From Candidatus Poribacteria bacterium (GTDB lineage: Bacteria; Poribacteria; WGA-4E; PCPOR2b), in contig OZ244587.1 in assembly GCA_965218095.1 (NCBI GenBank), positions 1,184,001 to 1,248,000 of the forward strand: DNA of 64,000 bases. The letters run 5' to 3'. Positions within the stretch are counted from its first letter, which is position 1; each line of letters begins with the position of its first letter. Position numbers and translations under genes: made by a program. Below, one piece after another: positions 28,967 to 39,150 of the stretch. The notes beneath the pieces are model-generated. The model saw only the letters and a program-made list of their open reading frames with translations. It had not been told where the DNA came from and did no database searches.

Positions 28967-30632
28967 GATGAATAAACTCCGTCGTCTGAATCCAGAGGTT
29001 CACGCGCTTTTGGAGAGAATTTTTCAGTACAAAGATGGCAAAGGCGATTATTCCGTGGATCGACACAAATGGATGGAGACGCTTGATGAGGAAACATTTC
29101 TGAACGAGATTCGCCAAATTGAAGCACGCGAGAAAGCTATAGCTATGGCGCATACTCAAATCACACAGCAGATTGCCAAAGAAACCTTAGCCTCTATGGT
29201 GCTCTTGGAAATGGAAGATGCCACAGGCCGGCTCCTCGGAATTGGTAGTGGATTCTTCATACAAAGTAACCAGATTGTAACCAGTTTTCACGTTATTGAG
29301 GGAGCCAAGCGTGGTGCCGTCAAGCTGCTGGGAAACTCAACAACGTATAACATTGAGGGAATCACCGCGAAGAATGAAAAACACGATCTGGCAATTTTAC
29401 AAGTGCCAAATTTTGGAATTCCCCCCCTTTCCCTCGGTAATAGTGATACGGTCGAGATTAGCGAAATTGTGTATGTCGCGGGTAATCCAAAAGAATCGAC
29501 AGAGGCTTTCTCCTACGGTATCATCAGTAGTATCCGAGGAAGTTCTACTGACAGACGGTTCCAGATGACGGCAATGCCTCCTCCGTGGAGCAGTGGAATA
29601 CCGGTGCTAAACGAAAAGGGGGAAGTCATAGGTATTTCAGTAATGACCGTTGCAGGTGAGCAGAATCCTAATTTTATTATTCCGGTCAATTATTTCAAAA
29701 CATTGCTCACTCGGACAGAGCCGGCGAGACCTTTGTCCCAAGGGGAACCATTGGTATCTGCTGAGACTTACTTCAGGTGGGGTTATACAAAATCCGAGTT
29801 GGGTCAGTATGAATCCGCTATTGCGGATTATGACATGGCGATTCAACTCAGACCAGATTATGCAATAGCCTATAATGATCGGGGGGTTGTCAAGGGTAAG
29901 CGGGGTGAATATAAGGCTGCCATTGAAGATTATGACGAAGCAGTTCGCCTCAAACCCGATTGTGCCGTAGCCTACTACAATCGAGGCCGCACCAAAGATC
30001 AACTGGAACAAGGCTCTGCTGCGATTGAAGACTATAACATAGCAATTGACCTTGCACCGGATTACGCTGATGCCTACTATAATCGGGGAAATGCCAAGTC
30101 TACTCTGAAGCAATATAAGGCTGCGATTGAAGATTATGACAAGGCAATTAACCTCAAAATCGATTATTCTATTGCCTATAACGATCGAGGCGTGGCGAAG
30201 TCTGCCTTGAGGCAACATGAGGCTGCGATTGAAGACTATAACATAGCAATTGACCTTGCACCGGATTATGCTGATGCCTACTATAATCGGGGAAATGCCA
30301 AGTCTACTCTGAAGCAATATAAGGCTGCGATTGAAGACTATGACAAGGCGATTAACCTCAAAACCGATTATGCGATGGCCTATAACAATCGGGGAAGTGT
30401 GAAGTTCGCTTTGGAACAATATGATGCTGCGATAACCGACTATGACGAGGCGATTCGCCTCAATCCGGATTATGCCATGGCTTACTACAATCGGGGAAGT
30501 GCGAAGACTAATATAGGTCGTGTCTCGGAAGCGGCGCAGGATTTCCAAACTGCATTGGCACTCGCGGAGCAGACCGGCGATGAGGGTCTCAAAGCCATGA
30601 TTAGCAGCCCTATGGAAATTCACGTTGGATAA
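28938..30632 (+). CDS. Fusion of an antitoxin-like N-terminus, a trypsin-like peptidase and about 8 TPRs
   Basis: QYKDGKGDYSVDRHKWM; GSGFF, TSFHVI, HDLAIL, WSSGIPVLN; repeated AYYNRG TPRs. Confidence 0.82.
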   Translation: MNIRDLLEAEMNKLRRLNPEVHALLERIFQYKDGKGDYSVDRHKWMETLDEETFLNEIRQIEAREKAIAMAHTQITQQIAKETLASMVLLEMEDATGRLLGIGSGFFIQSNQIVTSFHVIEGAKRGAVKLLGNSTTYNIEGITAKNEKHDLAILQVPNFGIPPLSLGNSDTVEISEIVYVAGNPKESTEAFSYGIISSIRGSSTDRRFQMTAMPPPWSSGIPVLNEKGEVIGISVMTVAGEQNPNFIIPVNYFKTLLTRTEPARPLSQGEPLVSAETYFRWGYTKSELGQYESAIADYDMAIQLRPDYAIAYNDRGVVKGKRGEYKAAIEDYDEAVRLKPDCAVAYYNRGRTKDQLEQGSAAIEDYNIAIDLAPDYADAYYNRGNAKSTLKQYKAAIEDYDKAINLKIDYSIAYNDRGVAKSALRQHEAAIEDYNIAIDLAPDYADAYYNRGNAKSTLKQYKAAIEDYDKAINLKTDYAMAYNNRGSVKFALEQYDAAITDYDEAIRLNPDYAMAYYNRGSAKTNIGRVSEAAQDFQTALALAEQTGDEGLKAMISSPMEIHVG

Positions 30633-30661
30633 AATTTAGCAAAAGAGGAGGAAGTTGTACA

Positions 30662-31645
30662 ATGGCGGATCTGAGAGTCGGTGTTATTGGTTGTGGTGGG
30701 CACGCGCAGGGGCACTTTGCGATGATTAAAGATGAACCCCGGATGGAACTTATCTCAGTCGCAGAGATCGACGACCAACGGCTGCAGCAGGCAAAGCTCG
30801 CCCATAAACCCGAATCTGCGTTCCGCGATTACCGCGAGATGCTGGATCGAGTCGGCCTAGATGTTGTCTATGTCGTCACCATGCCCGGTCATCTGCTGCC
30901 GATTGTGGTGGAGTGTTTGGGGCGCGATCTGAACACGTCGGTCGAAAAATCGCCGGGGATGAACGTCGGAGAAACGCGGCAGATGCTTGATACCGCCCAA
31001 AATAGCAAAGGCAAAGCGATTCTGTCCGTCAATCGCCGCTACAAGCCAGAGGTTTTGGCGGTACGGAAGTTGCTGCAAGAACGGGGTGGGGCAGTTCAAG
31101 TGGCTGCGGATTACCACAAACTGCCATCGGGGTTGCAGCGTCCGGGCCTACGAGAGGTTGCGCCGCCGGAGATTATCTGCGACTCCATTCACCACGTGGA
31201 CCTGCTCCGCTGGATGGCAGGGCGCGCGCCGACCGAAGCGGCAAGCGCAGTCGAAGTTTACGGCCATTCATGGGCTGGTGAGCGAGAAGGCACGTCCCGC
31301 TACAACGCCGTCATCGCCTTCGACAACGGCTGTCACGGCACAATGATGAGCCACTACGGGGTCGGCTATCGGATTCAGACAGCGGAAGTCCACGCTGAAA
31401 ATATGTCAGCATACTTAGATCTGACGCGGACACCAAAGATCACAGTCTACCTTGACGGAAAACTGTGTGAGGAGCCGCTTGACCTCGACGCTGTCGGTGG
31501 GCCAGACTTCAACGAAACCAGCCATTTCGCGGACTGTATCCTCAATGACACCACGCCGTGGAGTCCGCTGGAGGATGCGGTGAAAACGATGGAATTGTGC
31601 GAAGCCATTGAGCGTGGACACTGTGGGGCGCTTACAACGGTGTGA
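30662..31645 (+). CDS. Gfo/Idh/MocA oxidoreductase
   Basis: VIGCGGHA, VEKSPG, DSIHHVDLLRW. Confidence 0.9.
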   Translation: MADLRVGVIGCGGHAQGHFAMIKDEPRMELISVAEIDDQRLQQAKLAHKPESAFRDYREMLDRVGLDVVYVVTMPGHLLPIVVECLGRDLNTSVEKSPGMNVGETRQMLDTAQNSKGKAILSVNRRYKPEVLAVRKLLQERGGAVQVAADYHKLPSGLQRPGLREVAPPEIICDSIHHVDLLRWMAGRAPTEAASAVEVYGHSWAGEREGTSRYNAVIAFDNGCHGTMMSHYGVGYRIQTAEVHAENMSAYLDLTRTPKITVYLDGKLCEEPLDLDAVGGPDFNETSHFADCILNDTTPWSPLEDAVKTMELCEAIERGHCGALTTV

Positions 31646-31667
31646 AATCCAGAATGAGGAGGTTACC

Positions 31668-32765
31668 ATGGCTGAGAAAAAGTTGGGTGTGTTAATACAT
31701 GGCGCAGGATGGGTTTCGACACAGCATATCAAAGCCTTTGCGACGAATCCACACACGGAAGTAGTGGCGATCTCCAGCCGCAAACTGACAAGCTGTCAAG
31801 CCCGCGCGGAGGAGGCAGGATTGGAGGGCATTGGGCTCTACGATAACTATGAGCAAGCCCTCAAACACGACGGGATAGACATCGTTTCTGTCTGCACGCC
31901 TCAACAGTTACACCCAGAAAACACAATCACCGCAGCGGAGGCTAGGGTGCACGTTGTTATCGAAAAACCAATCGCCAACAGCATTAAGAAGATGAAAGCG
32001 ATGCGCGATGCGGTGCGAGCCGCGGGCGTAAAAACGCTTGTCAGCTTTGTGCTGCGCTGGAATCCGCTATTTGAAACCCTCAAGGCGATGATCGCTGAGA
32101 ATGCAGTGGGCGACATCTACTTTGTCGAGGCAGACTATCAGCACGACATCGCCAGTTGGTGGACGGGCTACGAAGATGCGCGGAAAAAATCAACGGGCGT
32201 CAGCGCATTGATCACGGGGGGCTGCCACGCCGCCGATGCAATCCGTTGGTTCGCTGCCAAAGGGCAGTATGAAGCTGCGGACCCTGTCGAAGTGTTTGCC
32301 TACTCCGGAGGCTATCGCAAAGGGCTTTCGGAGAAGTATGATTACTTCACCTCCCAATGGCGCGAGGCGCCGCCCCTGGAATATGACGATTTCGAGATCT
32401 GTCTCGTCAAATTTGCGAACGGCACATTGGGAAAAGTCTCCGTGAATTACGGCTGCATCATGCCCTACACCTTTCCACTTGAGATTTTCGGCAACCGGGG
32501 ATCAATCAAGGACAACCGAATCTGGTCGCATAAGTATCCCGGACAGAATGGATGGGTCGAAATTCCAGCCATCCTGCCGGACAGCGCAGATGTCACGCAT
32601 CACCCATTCCAGGGGCAGATGGATCATTTCGTCGATTGCATCCTGAATAATCAAGAATCGCACTGCAACTTGGAGGACGCGATTAAAACACACGAAATCG
32701 CTTTCGCCGCCTTGCAGTGTTACGAAACGGGGCAACCGGTGAAATTGCCCTTGTTGGAAGGTTAG
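31668..32765 (+). CDS. Gfo/Idh/MocA oxidoreductase
   Basis: HGAGWV, IEKPIA, GGCHAADAIRW; ATG after GAGGAGG. Confidence 0.9.
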   Translation: MAEKKLGVLIHGAGWVSTQHIKAFATNPHTEVVAISSRKLTSCQARAEEAGLEGIGLYDNYEQALKHDGIDIVSVCTPQQLHPENTITAAEARVHVVIEKPIANSIKKMKAMRDAVRAAGVKTLVSFVLRWNPLFETLKAMIAENAVGDIYFVEADYQHDIASWWTGYEDARKKSTGVSALITGGCHAADAIRWFAAKGQYEAADPVEVFAYSGGYRKGLSEKYDYFTSQWREAPPLEYDDFEICLVKFANGTLGKVSVNYGCIMPYTFPLEIFGNRGSIKDNRIWSHKYPGQNGWVEIPAILPDSADVTHHPFQGQMDHFVDCILNNQESHCNLEDAIKTHEIAFAALQCYETGQPVKLPLLEG

Positions 32766-32926
32766 GTGGTATGGTTATTGGGCAGGTATATCGTTTGGGG
32801 GATGAATCAGAAAACTCATAGAAGTGCAGAGCTTGCTCTGTGATGGGAAAGTCAAGCCGGTTCTGCACTCTGAAAATACCACAAGGTCTGTTTTGGCTGA
32901 CTGCCATTCCACATCCGAGGGCGTTG

Positions 32927-33916
32927 TTAGCCTTGCTGCTTTATCGATATCAATCCTGCTGGACGGAAGCGCATCATGAGAATCAGGATGACGCCGAAGA
33001 TGAGATAGCGCGCTTCGCCGAATGGACGCAGGAGTTCCCCTAAAGACACCAGGATGCCGGCGCCGATAACCGCCCCCTTGATGCTTCCCATCCCGCCAAG
33101 CACGATCATGCACAGGATGAAAATCGATTCCCAAAATTCAAACGCCCCTGCGCTGATGTTGACCTGAAACTGTGCGAAAAACGCCCCACCGACGGCACCA
33201 ATCGCCGCGCTAACCGCGAAGGCGAGGGATTTGTATTCGCGCAGATTAATCCCCATGCTCTCCGCTGCACGCTCATCCTCTCGAATCGCCGCCCACGCCC
33301 TCCCCACACGCGAATTCTGCAAACGATAAACAGCGATAATTGTGAGAATCAACAAGATCAGGATATGGTAATACTGTTGCCAGTACTTGTAAAGCTCATG
33401 CCCAAAGAGCGTTGGGGCGGGGATGTCGTTTACAAACCCGTTGGGCCCACCAATCAGCCACTCCTCATTTTTCACGACGCGGAAAAGCAACTCTGCAAAC
33501 CCAAATGTTACAATAGCAAAATAGTCTCCCGTGAGTCGCAAAGTTGGCGCTCCACGCAGTAATCCCCAAAGTGCTCCGTGGAGCGCAGCAATTGGCAGAG
33601 CAACCCAGTAACTCCAACCGAGCCTCGCCATCAACAACCCCGCTGTATACCCGCCGACGAGGTAAAACCCCACATATCCCAGATCAAGCAACCCGGTAAA
33701 TCCCGGTACAATGTTAAGCCCCAAAGCCAGTAGCATGTAAAGGCAAGCCTGCACGAGGATGCGGAGGAGGTAGTCTCCACCTGGTATCTCATCAGGCACA
33801 GTAATTCCTTGGCCTAATATCCATTGGATGATAAGATCCCAGCTATAGGTCAACAGCGGAAAGAGGCACACGACTGCAACAAAAATAACGGCTTTGGCTG
33901 ATAACTTATTTCGCAT
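32927..33916 (-). CDS. livM: Branched-chain amino acid ABC transporter permease
   Basis: GLNIVPGFTGLLDLGY, RLTGDYFAIVT, GRAWAAIREDE. Confidence 0.92.
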   Translation of the reverse strand: MRNKLSAKAVIFVAVVCLFPLLTYSWDLIIQWILGQGITVPDEIPGGDYLLRILVQACLYMLLALGLNIVPGFTGLLDLGYVGFYLVGGYTAGLLMARLGWSYWVALPIAALHGALWGLLRGAPTLRLTGDYFAIVTFGFAELLFRVVKNEEWLIGGPNGFVNDIPAPTLFGHELYKYWQQYYHILILLILTIIAVYRLQNSRVGRAWAAIREDERAAESMGINLREYKSLAFAVSAAIGAVGGAFFAQFQVNISAGAFEFWESIFILCMIVLGGMGSIKGAVIGAGILVSLGELLRPFGEARYLIFGVILILMMRFRPAGLISIKQQG

Positions 33917-33990
33917 GGTGGTTTATCTTGCGTAATGCGTAAAACCTAAATGAACCATTAAACCAATGAACGCATGAACCAATTTCCGCA

Positions 33991-34884
33991 TTAAGCTCGT
34001 GTCGCCGTTGATTTCCCAAGTAAGCCGGATGGGCGAAAGATGATCACGAGAATCATGATGATATAAGCGATCGCTAGGCGGTATCCGGAGGAGATGTAGC
34101 CGGCGCCGAGGACTTCAGCGACGCCGAGTATCACACCACCAAGCATCGCGCCGGTAACATTGCCAATCCCTCCAAGCACAGCAGCAGCAAATGCTGCAAC
34201 GCCTTTGTAGTAGCCCATTGTAGGTTCGGTGACTTCGCGCAAGCCAACCATAACGCCAGCGACCGCACCCAGGGCAGATCCGATTGCAAACGTTACAGCA
34301 ATGATGTGATTCACGTTAATGCCCATCAAGTTCGCGGCGACTTGGTCCTGGGCGCATGCTCGCATCGCTTTGCCAATTTTCGTTAAGTAAATCAACCGGT
34401 TTAATCCAATCATTAAGCCCACGGCGAGCAGGATGATGAAGAGATCCAAAAACGAGATGTGCGCCCCACCGGGCAGCGGGATAGCATTTGCTGTCAAAAA
34501 CGCAGGCGTTGCTTCAGTAGGGAATGGACGCCATCTTGCCCCCCAAATCAATCGAGCGAGATTTTGTAGCATTAGGGATATACCAATGGCGGTAATCAGT
34601 GCGGAGAGGCGTGGCGCATTACGGAGCGGACGGTAGGCGACGAAGTCGATGAGCATCCCCATCAAGGCGCACAGGAGCATGCTAATTGGTAGGGCAAGCC
34701 AAAAGGAGAGCCCCAGCGTCGTGACACAAAAAAAGGCAAAATACGCACCGAACATGAAGATTTCTCCGTGCGCGAAGTTAATCAGTTGGATGATGCCATA
34801 GACCATGGTATAGCCCACAGCGATCAGGGCGTAGATGCCGCCAAGTACAAGGCCGTTAATGATTTGCTCTAGCAGTTGTGTCAT
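33991..34884 (-). CDS. livH: Branched-chain amino acid ABC transporter permease
   Basis: YALIAVGYTMVYGIIQLINFAHGE, AAVLGGIG. Confidence 0.94.
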   Translation of the reverse strand: MTQLLEQIINGLVLGGIYALIAVGYTMVYGIIQLINFAHGEIFMFGAYFAFFCVTTLGLSFWLALPISMLLCALMGMLIDFVAYRPLRNAPRLSALITAIGISLMLQNLARLIWGARWRPFPTEATPAFLTANAIPLPGGAHISFLDLFIILLAVGLMIGLNRLIYLTKIGKAMRACAQDQVAANLMGINVNHIIAVTFAIGSALGAVAGVMVGLREVTEPTMGYYKGVAAFAAAVLGGIGNVTGAMLGGVILGVAEVLGAGYISSGYRLAIAYIIMILVIIFRPSGLLGKSTATRA

Positions 34885-34919
34885 GCAGTTTTGTTAGCTC
34901 TCCTCGTTGCATGCTCTTC

Positions 34920-35508
34920 TTATTGGATGAGCGCTGATGCGACCGTATGAAGTTTCATGCCGCGATCCGTGGCATTAACGAGATTTTTGAAGAACGCCTT
35001 AACATCTTGGAGTGCTTTGCTCGTCAGGCGTACCCTTCCACTGGGCACCTGAGTCCAGTCGTATGCTGGCATTCCGAAACCGTGAGCGAAGCTATGACGC
35101 ACCCTCAATGTTTCATTTAACCGATTCCGCACGTCCAAACCTTCCATCCCACGTCGACTCTAAACCCAGTCGTTGATGGGATCATACCCGGTGCACAAAA
35201 AGGTTGCGCGTGTTTTCTGCGTTCGGGGTATTGAATCTCTCCAGTGACCTTTCGGCCAACACTTGAGCAGTCGTGTAGACGGCGTGGAACTTTGTGTCTA
35301 ATGGATTTTCTATCACATTGTAGAAATCGCGCATAAGTGCGTTAATGTATGCGTACCAAGCTACAACATAAGCTGCAAGTGAGGCGTGGTAGTAAACCTG
35401 TATCTGATCATGCGAAATTGGTCTAAGACGCTTATCGGTCGCTGCAACGAAACACAGGAAACTCTTACCAACTCCCCCTTTGTTGTTCCAGAATGCGTAA
35501 GCTGTCAT
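34920..35508 (-). pseudogene. Fused remnant of a ParA N-terminus and a HEPN-domain protein
   Basis: WNNKGGVGKS (deviant Walker A) for 24 aa, then FNTPNAENTRNLF...RVRHSFAHG (RX4H), with a frameshift and a stop. Confidence 0.7.
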
Positions 35509-35592
35509 AATATTATCCTCTCATCACATGGGGATACAAGAACATATTGGGGTGTTGAATCCTCGCTGCCCCGTTACACATCACGTTTCACG

Positions 35593-36753
35593 CTACATGT
35601 CCGTATCAAGCATCTGGTTTTCGGCAGGGACAAATTTGCCATCACGTACTACCTTGACATAAGCCGGCTTGATGCAGTCGCCGTTCTTATCGAAGTAGGT
35701 TAAGCCCGTGATGCCTTCGTATCCTTTTTCGGGGGTGGTTATCGAGGCCAAATGTTTCTGGATGGCTTTGCGGTTCTCACCGCCCTTTTCAATCGCTTCG
35801 ACAATCATGCCAACCGCATCATAACTCAACGCCGCCCAGGTATCGGGCGCAACGCCGTATTCTTCCTCAAACACCTTTGCGACCCTTTGAGCTTCGGCTC
35901 CTCCAAGTTCAAACACAAACGGGGTCGAAACATACGTACCTTCGGCAGCATTGCCGGCGATCTGAAGGAAATCTGGGGAATCCACACCATCGGCGCCGAA
36001 GAGTTGGGCGGTGATGCCCGTCTCACGAGCTTGTGAAGCGATCAATCCAGCTTGACTGTATAAACCGGAGATAAAAATCAGATCCGGATTTTTCGCCTTA
36101 ATGCTTGTCAATTGCGCCTTAAAGTCGGTGTTATCCCGATCATACGCCTCTGTCGCAACGATTTCGATCCCAATTTTTTTGGCGGCGTTTGTAAAACCGT
36201 CTTTGAGACCTCGCCCGTAATCGTCGTTATCAAAGAAAATCGCGATTGTCTGGGATGTTTTCAAGACATTCTTGATATACTTTGCCACAAACTCGCCCTG
36301 AAAATCGTCACGATACAAATTTCTGAATGTCCAATCGCTCCCCTCACAAACACGGACATTGGTGGAGCCGGGTGAAAGCTGGACAATCCTCGCTCGTTTA
36401 TAGATCGGTTTCCCTGCCAGTGAACAGGAGCTATTAAAGTGTCCAACGACTGCAAGGATGCTCCGATTAGTCGCAATTCGCGTTGCAACCAAACTTGCCT
36501 CTTTGTCTTTGCCAGCGTCATCCTCAAACATGAGCGTGAGCGTTTTGTCATTGACGCCTCCAGCGGCGTTAATTTCTTTTGCCCTGAGTTCAGCACCGCG
36601 TTTAATCATCTCTCCGAAAGCGGCAGTATTCCCCGTAAACGGACCGGCAACAGCGATCTTAATAGTCTTCGCCCCATAGCTCTCAAGAGTAGAACCGAAA
36701 ACGGCGATGAGGGTTATGAAAAAAAGTGCTATAATCTGTACTTTGGTTTTCAT
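35593..36753 (-). CDS. livK: Branched-chain amino acid ABC transporter substrate-binding protein
   Basis: AGPFTG, INAAGGV, VVGHFNSS, DDYGRGL, YDAV, GITG..FD.NGD. Confidence 0.9.
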   Translation of the reverse strand: MKTKVQIIALFFITLIAVFGSTLESYGAKTIKIAVAGPFTGNTAAFGEMIKRGAELRAKEINAAGGVNDKTLTLMFEDDAGKDKEASLVATRIATNRSILAVVGHFNSSCSLAGKPIYKRARIVQLSPGSTNVRVCEGSDWTFRNLYRDDFQGEFVAKYIKNVLKTSQTIAIFFDNDDYGRGLKDGFTNAAKKIGIEIVATEAYDRDNTDFKAQLTSIKAKNPDLIFISGLYSQAGLIASQARETGITAQLFGADGVDSPDFLQIAGNAAEGTYVSTPFVFELGGAEAQRVAKVFEEEYGVAPDTWAALSYDAVGMIVEAIEKGGENRKAIQKHLASITTPEKGYEGITGLTYFDKNGDCIKPAYVKVVRDGKFVPAENQMLDTDM

Positions 36754-36788
36754 TTTTTTCGTCCATCCTTAGAAATTCTTCTCTAGGT

Positions 36789-36837
36789 AAAAAATTGCCA
36801 GCAACGAAACCGAAATTAACCTTTCATTGCTGGCAAT
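36789..36837 (-). terminator. Intrinsic terminator
   Basis: attgccagca...tgctggcaat stem followed by a T run on the minus strand. Confidence 0.55.
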
Positions 36838-36871
36838 GAGATAAAAACTGGATAACGGACATGACAGTAAT

Positions 36872-37666
36872 TTATTCTTTTACGTTCACAACTTGCCGAA
36901 AATCGAACTCAAAATCGACTTTTGACCGCTTTTTATCCTTATCGATGATCAGGACTTCCGGCAAGATGACTTTCACATCCGTTGCGGCAACGTCAAGCCG
37001 ATCAAAAACCAGAAGCCCGTCACGCTTCGCTCCTGAGAAAAGCCTGCCTCCATCGAATACCGTCTCACGAGCAACCATACGCTCATGATTCACAGCGTTC
37101 GGATCTGGATAGTAGTCGTATACCCGGTACGGTGGGTAACGGTACGGATAACCGTAATGATAACGGTAGAGACTGCGGTAGTAAGACCTGGGGATGGGGT
37201 AAGAGTATCGATATCCGATGTCGTGGAAAGCCACTGTGCGTGGCCTCGCGTTCTCGTAGAGCTCTTTGAAGTAATCATAAGGGAACGAGGCATACTGCTC
37301 GCCGTTCTGATCGACTAAGATTGCCATCGGATCGACGATAACCCTCGGATTGCCTGTATTTTCGATGCGGATGCCGAAAACGGTATACAATGGCTCGACA
37401 TTTCCCCAACGGTCAATCCTGACATAAGGATTAATCCGCGCGTCCTCCGTAAGTTCAAACAGTTCCACTTCATCGAGCGGTTCGAGCGTAATCTGCACAC
37501 CCCGCTGTTCTACAGAAATCGACCCCGTCTGTGCATCAATTTGCGCCTGTTCCCTGCCTGGGACAGGCTCCATATACATCTCAACGTATGGCTTTGGCGC
37601 ACATCCCACCAAAATGCTGATTGCCGTGATAAGGGCAAAGACGCCCAGGAACTTTCGGTACATCAT
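36872..37666 (-). CDS. Hypothetical lipoprotein with a Tyr/Arg/Pro-rich insert
   Basis: Lipobox LVGC; YRYSYPIPRSYYRSLYRYHYGYPYRYPPY. Confidence 0.7.
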   Translation of the reverse strand: MMYRKFLGVFALITAISILVGCAPKPYVEMYMEPVPGREQAQIDAQTGSISVEQRGVQITLEPLDEVELFELTEDARINPYVRIDRWGNVEPLYTVFGIRIENTGNPRVIVDPMAILVDQNGEQYASFPYDYFKELYENARPRTVAFHDIGYRYSYPIPRSYYRSLYRYHYGYPYRYPPYRVYDYYPDPNAVNHERMVARETVFDGGRLFSGAKRDGLLVFDRLDVAATDVKVILPEVLIIDKDKKRSKVDFEFDFRQVVNVKE

Positions 37667-37875
37667 TTTGATTTACTCCTTCAAGATTGGGTATCAGGGT
37701 TTAGGCATCAGGTATTTGGTATAACACCCAACACCTAATCCCGCATTAATTATACGCTAACTTGTCAGCATTGGTGGATAACGCAATATTGGGGTTTCTC
37801 AAGAAGACTCGAACTTCTTTTGAAACAGCTATAGTTTAACACAGAAACGTGAGGAATTGCAATCATATTCTGACT

Positions 37876-39108
37876 TCAATATCGACGTAAAGCCGCAATC
37901 CGCTGAAGCACCGGCGGATGGCTGTAATTGAGAAATACGGTCAAGGGATGCGGCGTCAGATTACCGAGATTGGAAACAGACAGGGTTTTCAAACCAGAGA
38001 TTAGCGGCTCTGGGGAGGTGACGGTCTCGGCGGCAAAGGTATCTGCTTCATATTCGTGCTTGCGGGACATATAGTTCACACCAATTGAAAGCACGAGTTC
38101 AATTGGAGAGTAGAGGATTGAGAAGAAAACGAACCCAGCATAGATCGAGATCTGCTCCATCCGAAAGGCATCAAAAAGCGCTCCGTTGTCAACAAAGCGA
38201 GAGAGGAGAAACAGCAGTATCCCCGCATGAAGAACGGATAAAACCGTGCCTTTCAGAACATGCTTTTTCTTGTAATGTCCCACCTCGTGAGCGATGACCG
38301 AGACGAGTTCCTCAACAGAATGCTTGTCAATCAAAGTATCAAACAGCGCAATCCGCTTTTTCTTGCCGAAACCGCTGAAATAGGCGTTGGAATGGGTTGA
38401 ACGTTTGGAGCCGTCCATAACAGAAATTTCTGTGAGCAGGAATTTCGCTTTTGCAGCATACTGCTGAAGGGCATCTTTAAGTTCACCATCTTCTACAGGG
38501 GTAAACTTGTTGAACAGCGGTGCGATTACAGTCGTAAATAGTAGCGGCGCGATGATGATGAACAGGGATACCAGCCCCCAGGCATACATCCAAGCGTAGG
38601 CGCCGGTTTTCTCAAAGAAGTACAGCAGCCCACCGAGCAAAATGGAGCCTAAGATGATGACCAAAACGTAGGTTTTAATCCTGTCCAAAACAAACGTTTT
38701 GACTGTCATTTTGTTGAAGCCGAATCTTTCTTCAATGCCAAAATCGGTATAGAGAGAAAAGGGTATAGAGATGATTTCTCTCACAAAATAGAGTATACTA
38801 AAGAAGATTAGGCCCGTTGGGATTGGTGACAGATCCAGGCTGCGAACGAAGTTATCGACATAATTAAATCCGCCGAGTAGGATGAAAGCCAAAATTAAGG
38901 ACAGATCAAATGTGGACGAAACATAAGCAAACTTTGCGTATACTCTGGTGTATTCTTGAGATTGGCGGTATTTGTCTTCGTCATAAAATCCCTGAAATTC
39001 ATCGGGCAGCTTCGGATTTAGTGCTTTTAAGTTTAAATAACGCGCAACGCTGCGAAGGGTAAACTCGCCAGTCAGCGCGGTGAGTATAATTACAAGATAG
39101 ATATTCAT
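37876..39108 (-). CDS. M48 (Ste24-like) metallopeptidase
   Basis: DGSKRSTHSNAYFSG, IAHEVGH, EYEAD, YSHPP. Confidence 0.95.
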   Translation of the reverse strand: MNIYLVIILTALTGEFTLRSVARYLNLKALNPKLPDEFQGFYDEDKYRQSQEYTRVYAKFAYVSSTFDLSLILAFILLGGFNYVDNFVRSLDLSPIPTGLIFFSILYFVREIISIPFSLYTDFGIEERFGFNKMTVKTFVLDRIKTYVLVIILGSILLGGLLYFFEKTGAYAWMYAWGLVSLFIIIAPLLFTTVIAPLFNKFTPVEDGELKDALQQYAAKAKFLLTEISVMDGSKRSTHSNAYFSGFGKKKRIALFDTLIDKHSVEELVSVIAHEVGHYKKKHVLKGTVLSVLHAGILLFLLSRFVDNGALFDAFRMEQISIYAGFVFFSILYSPIELVLSIGVNYMSRKHEYEADTFAAETVTSPEPLISGLKTLSVSNLGNLTPHPLTVFLNYSHPPVLQRIAALRRY

Positions 39109-39150
39109 AGAATCGCTTCAAAACCTTAGCTTTGTAAACTTCTAGACTGG

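Noticed and set aside
29637-30623. Long antisense ORFs (also 8912-9862, 7147-7824 and those opposite the giant gene)
   Set aside because: These are shadow frames of well-supported genes on the other strand.
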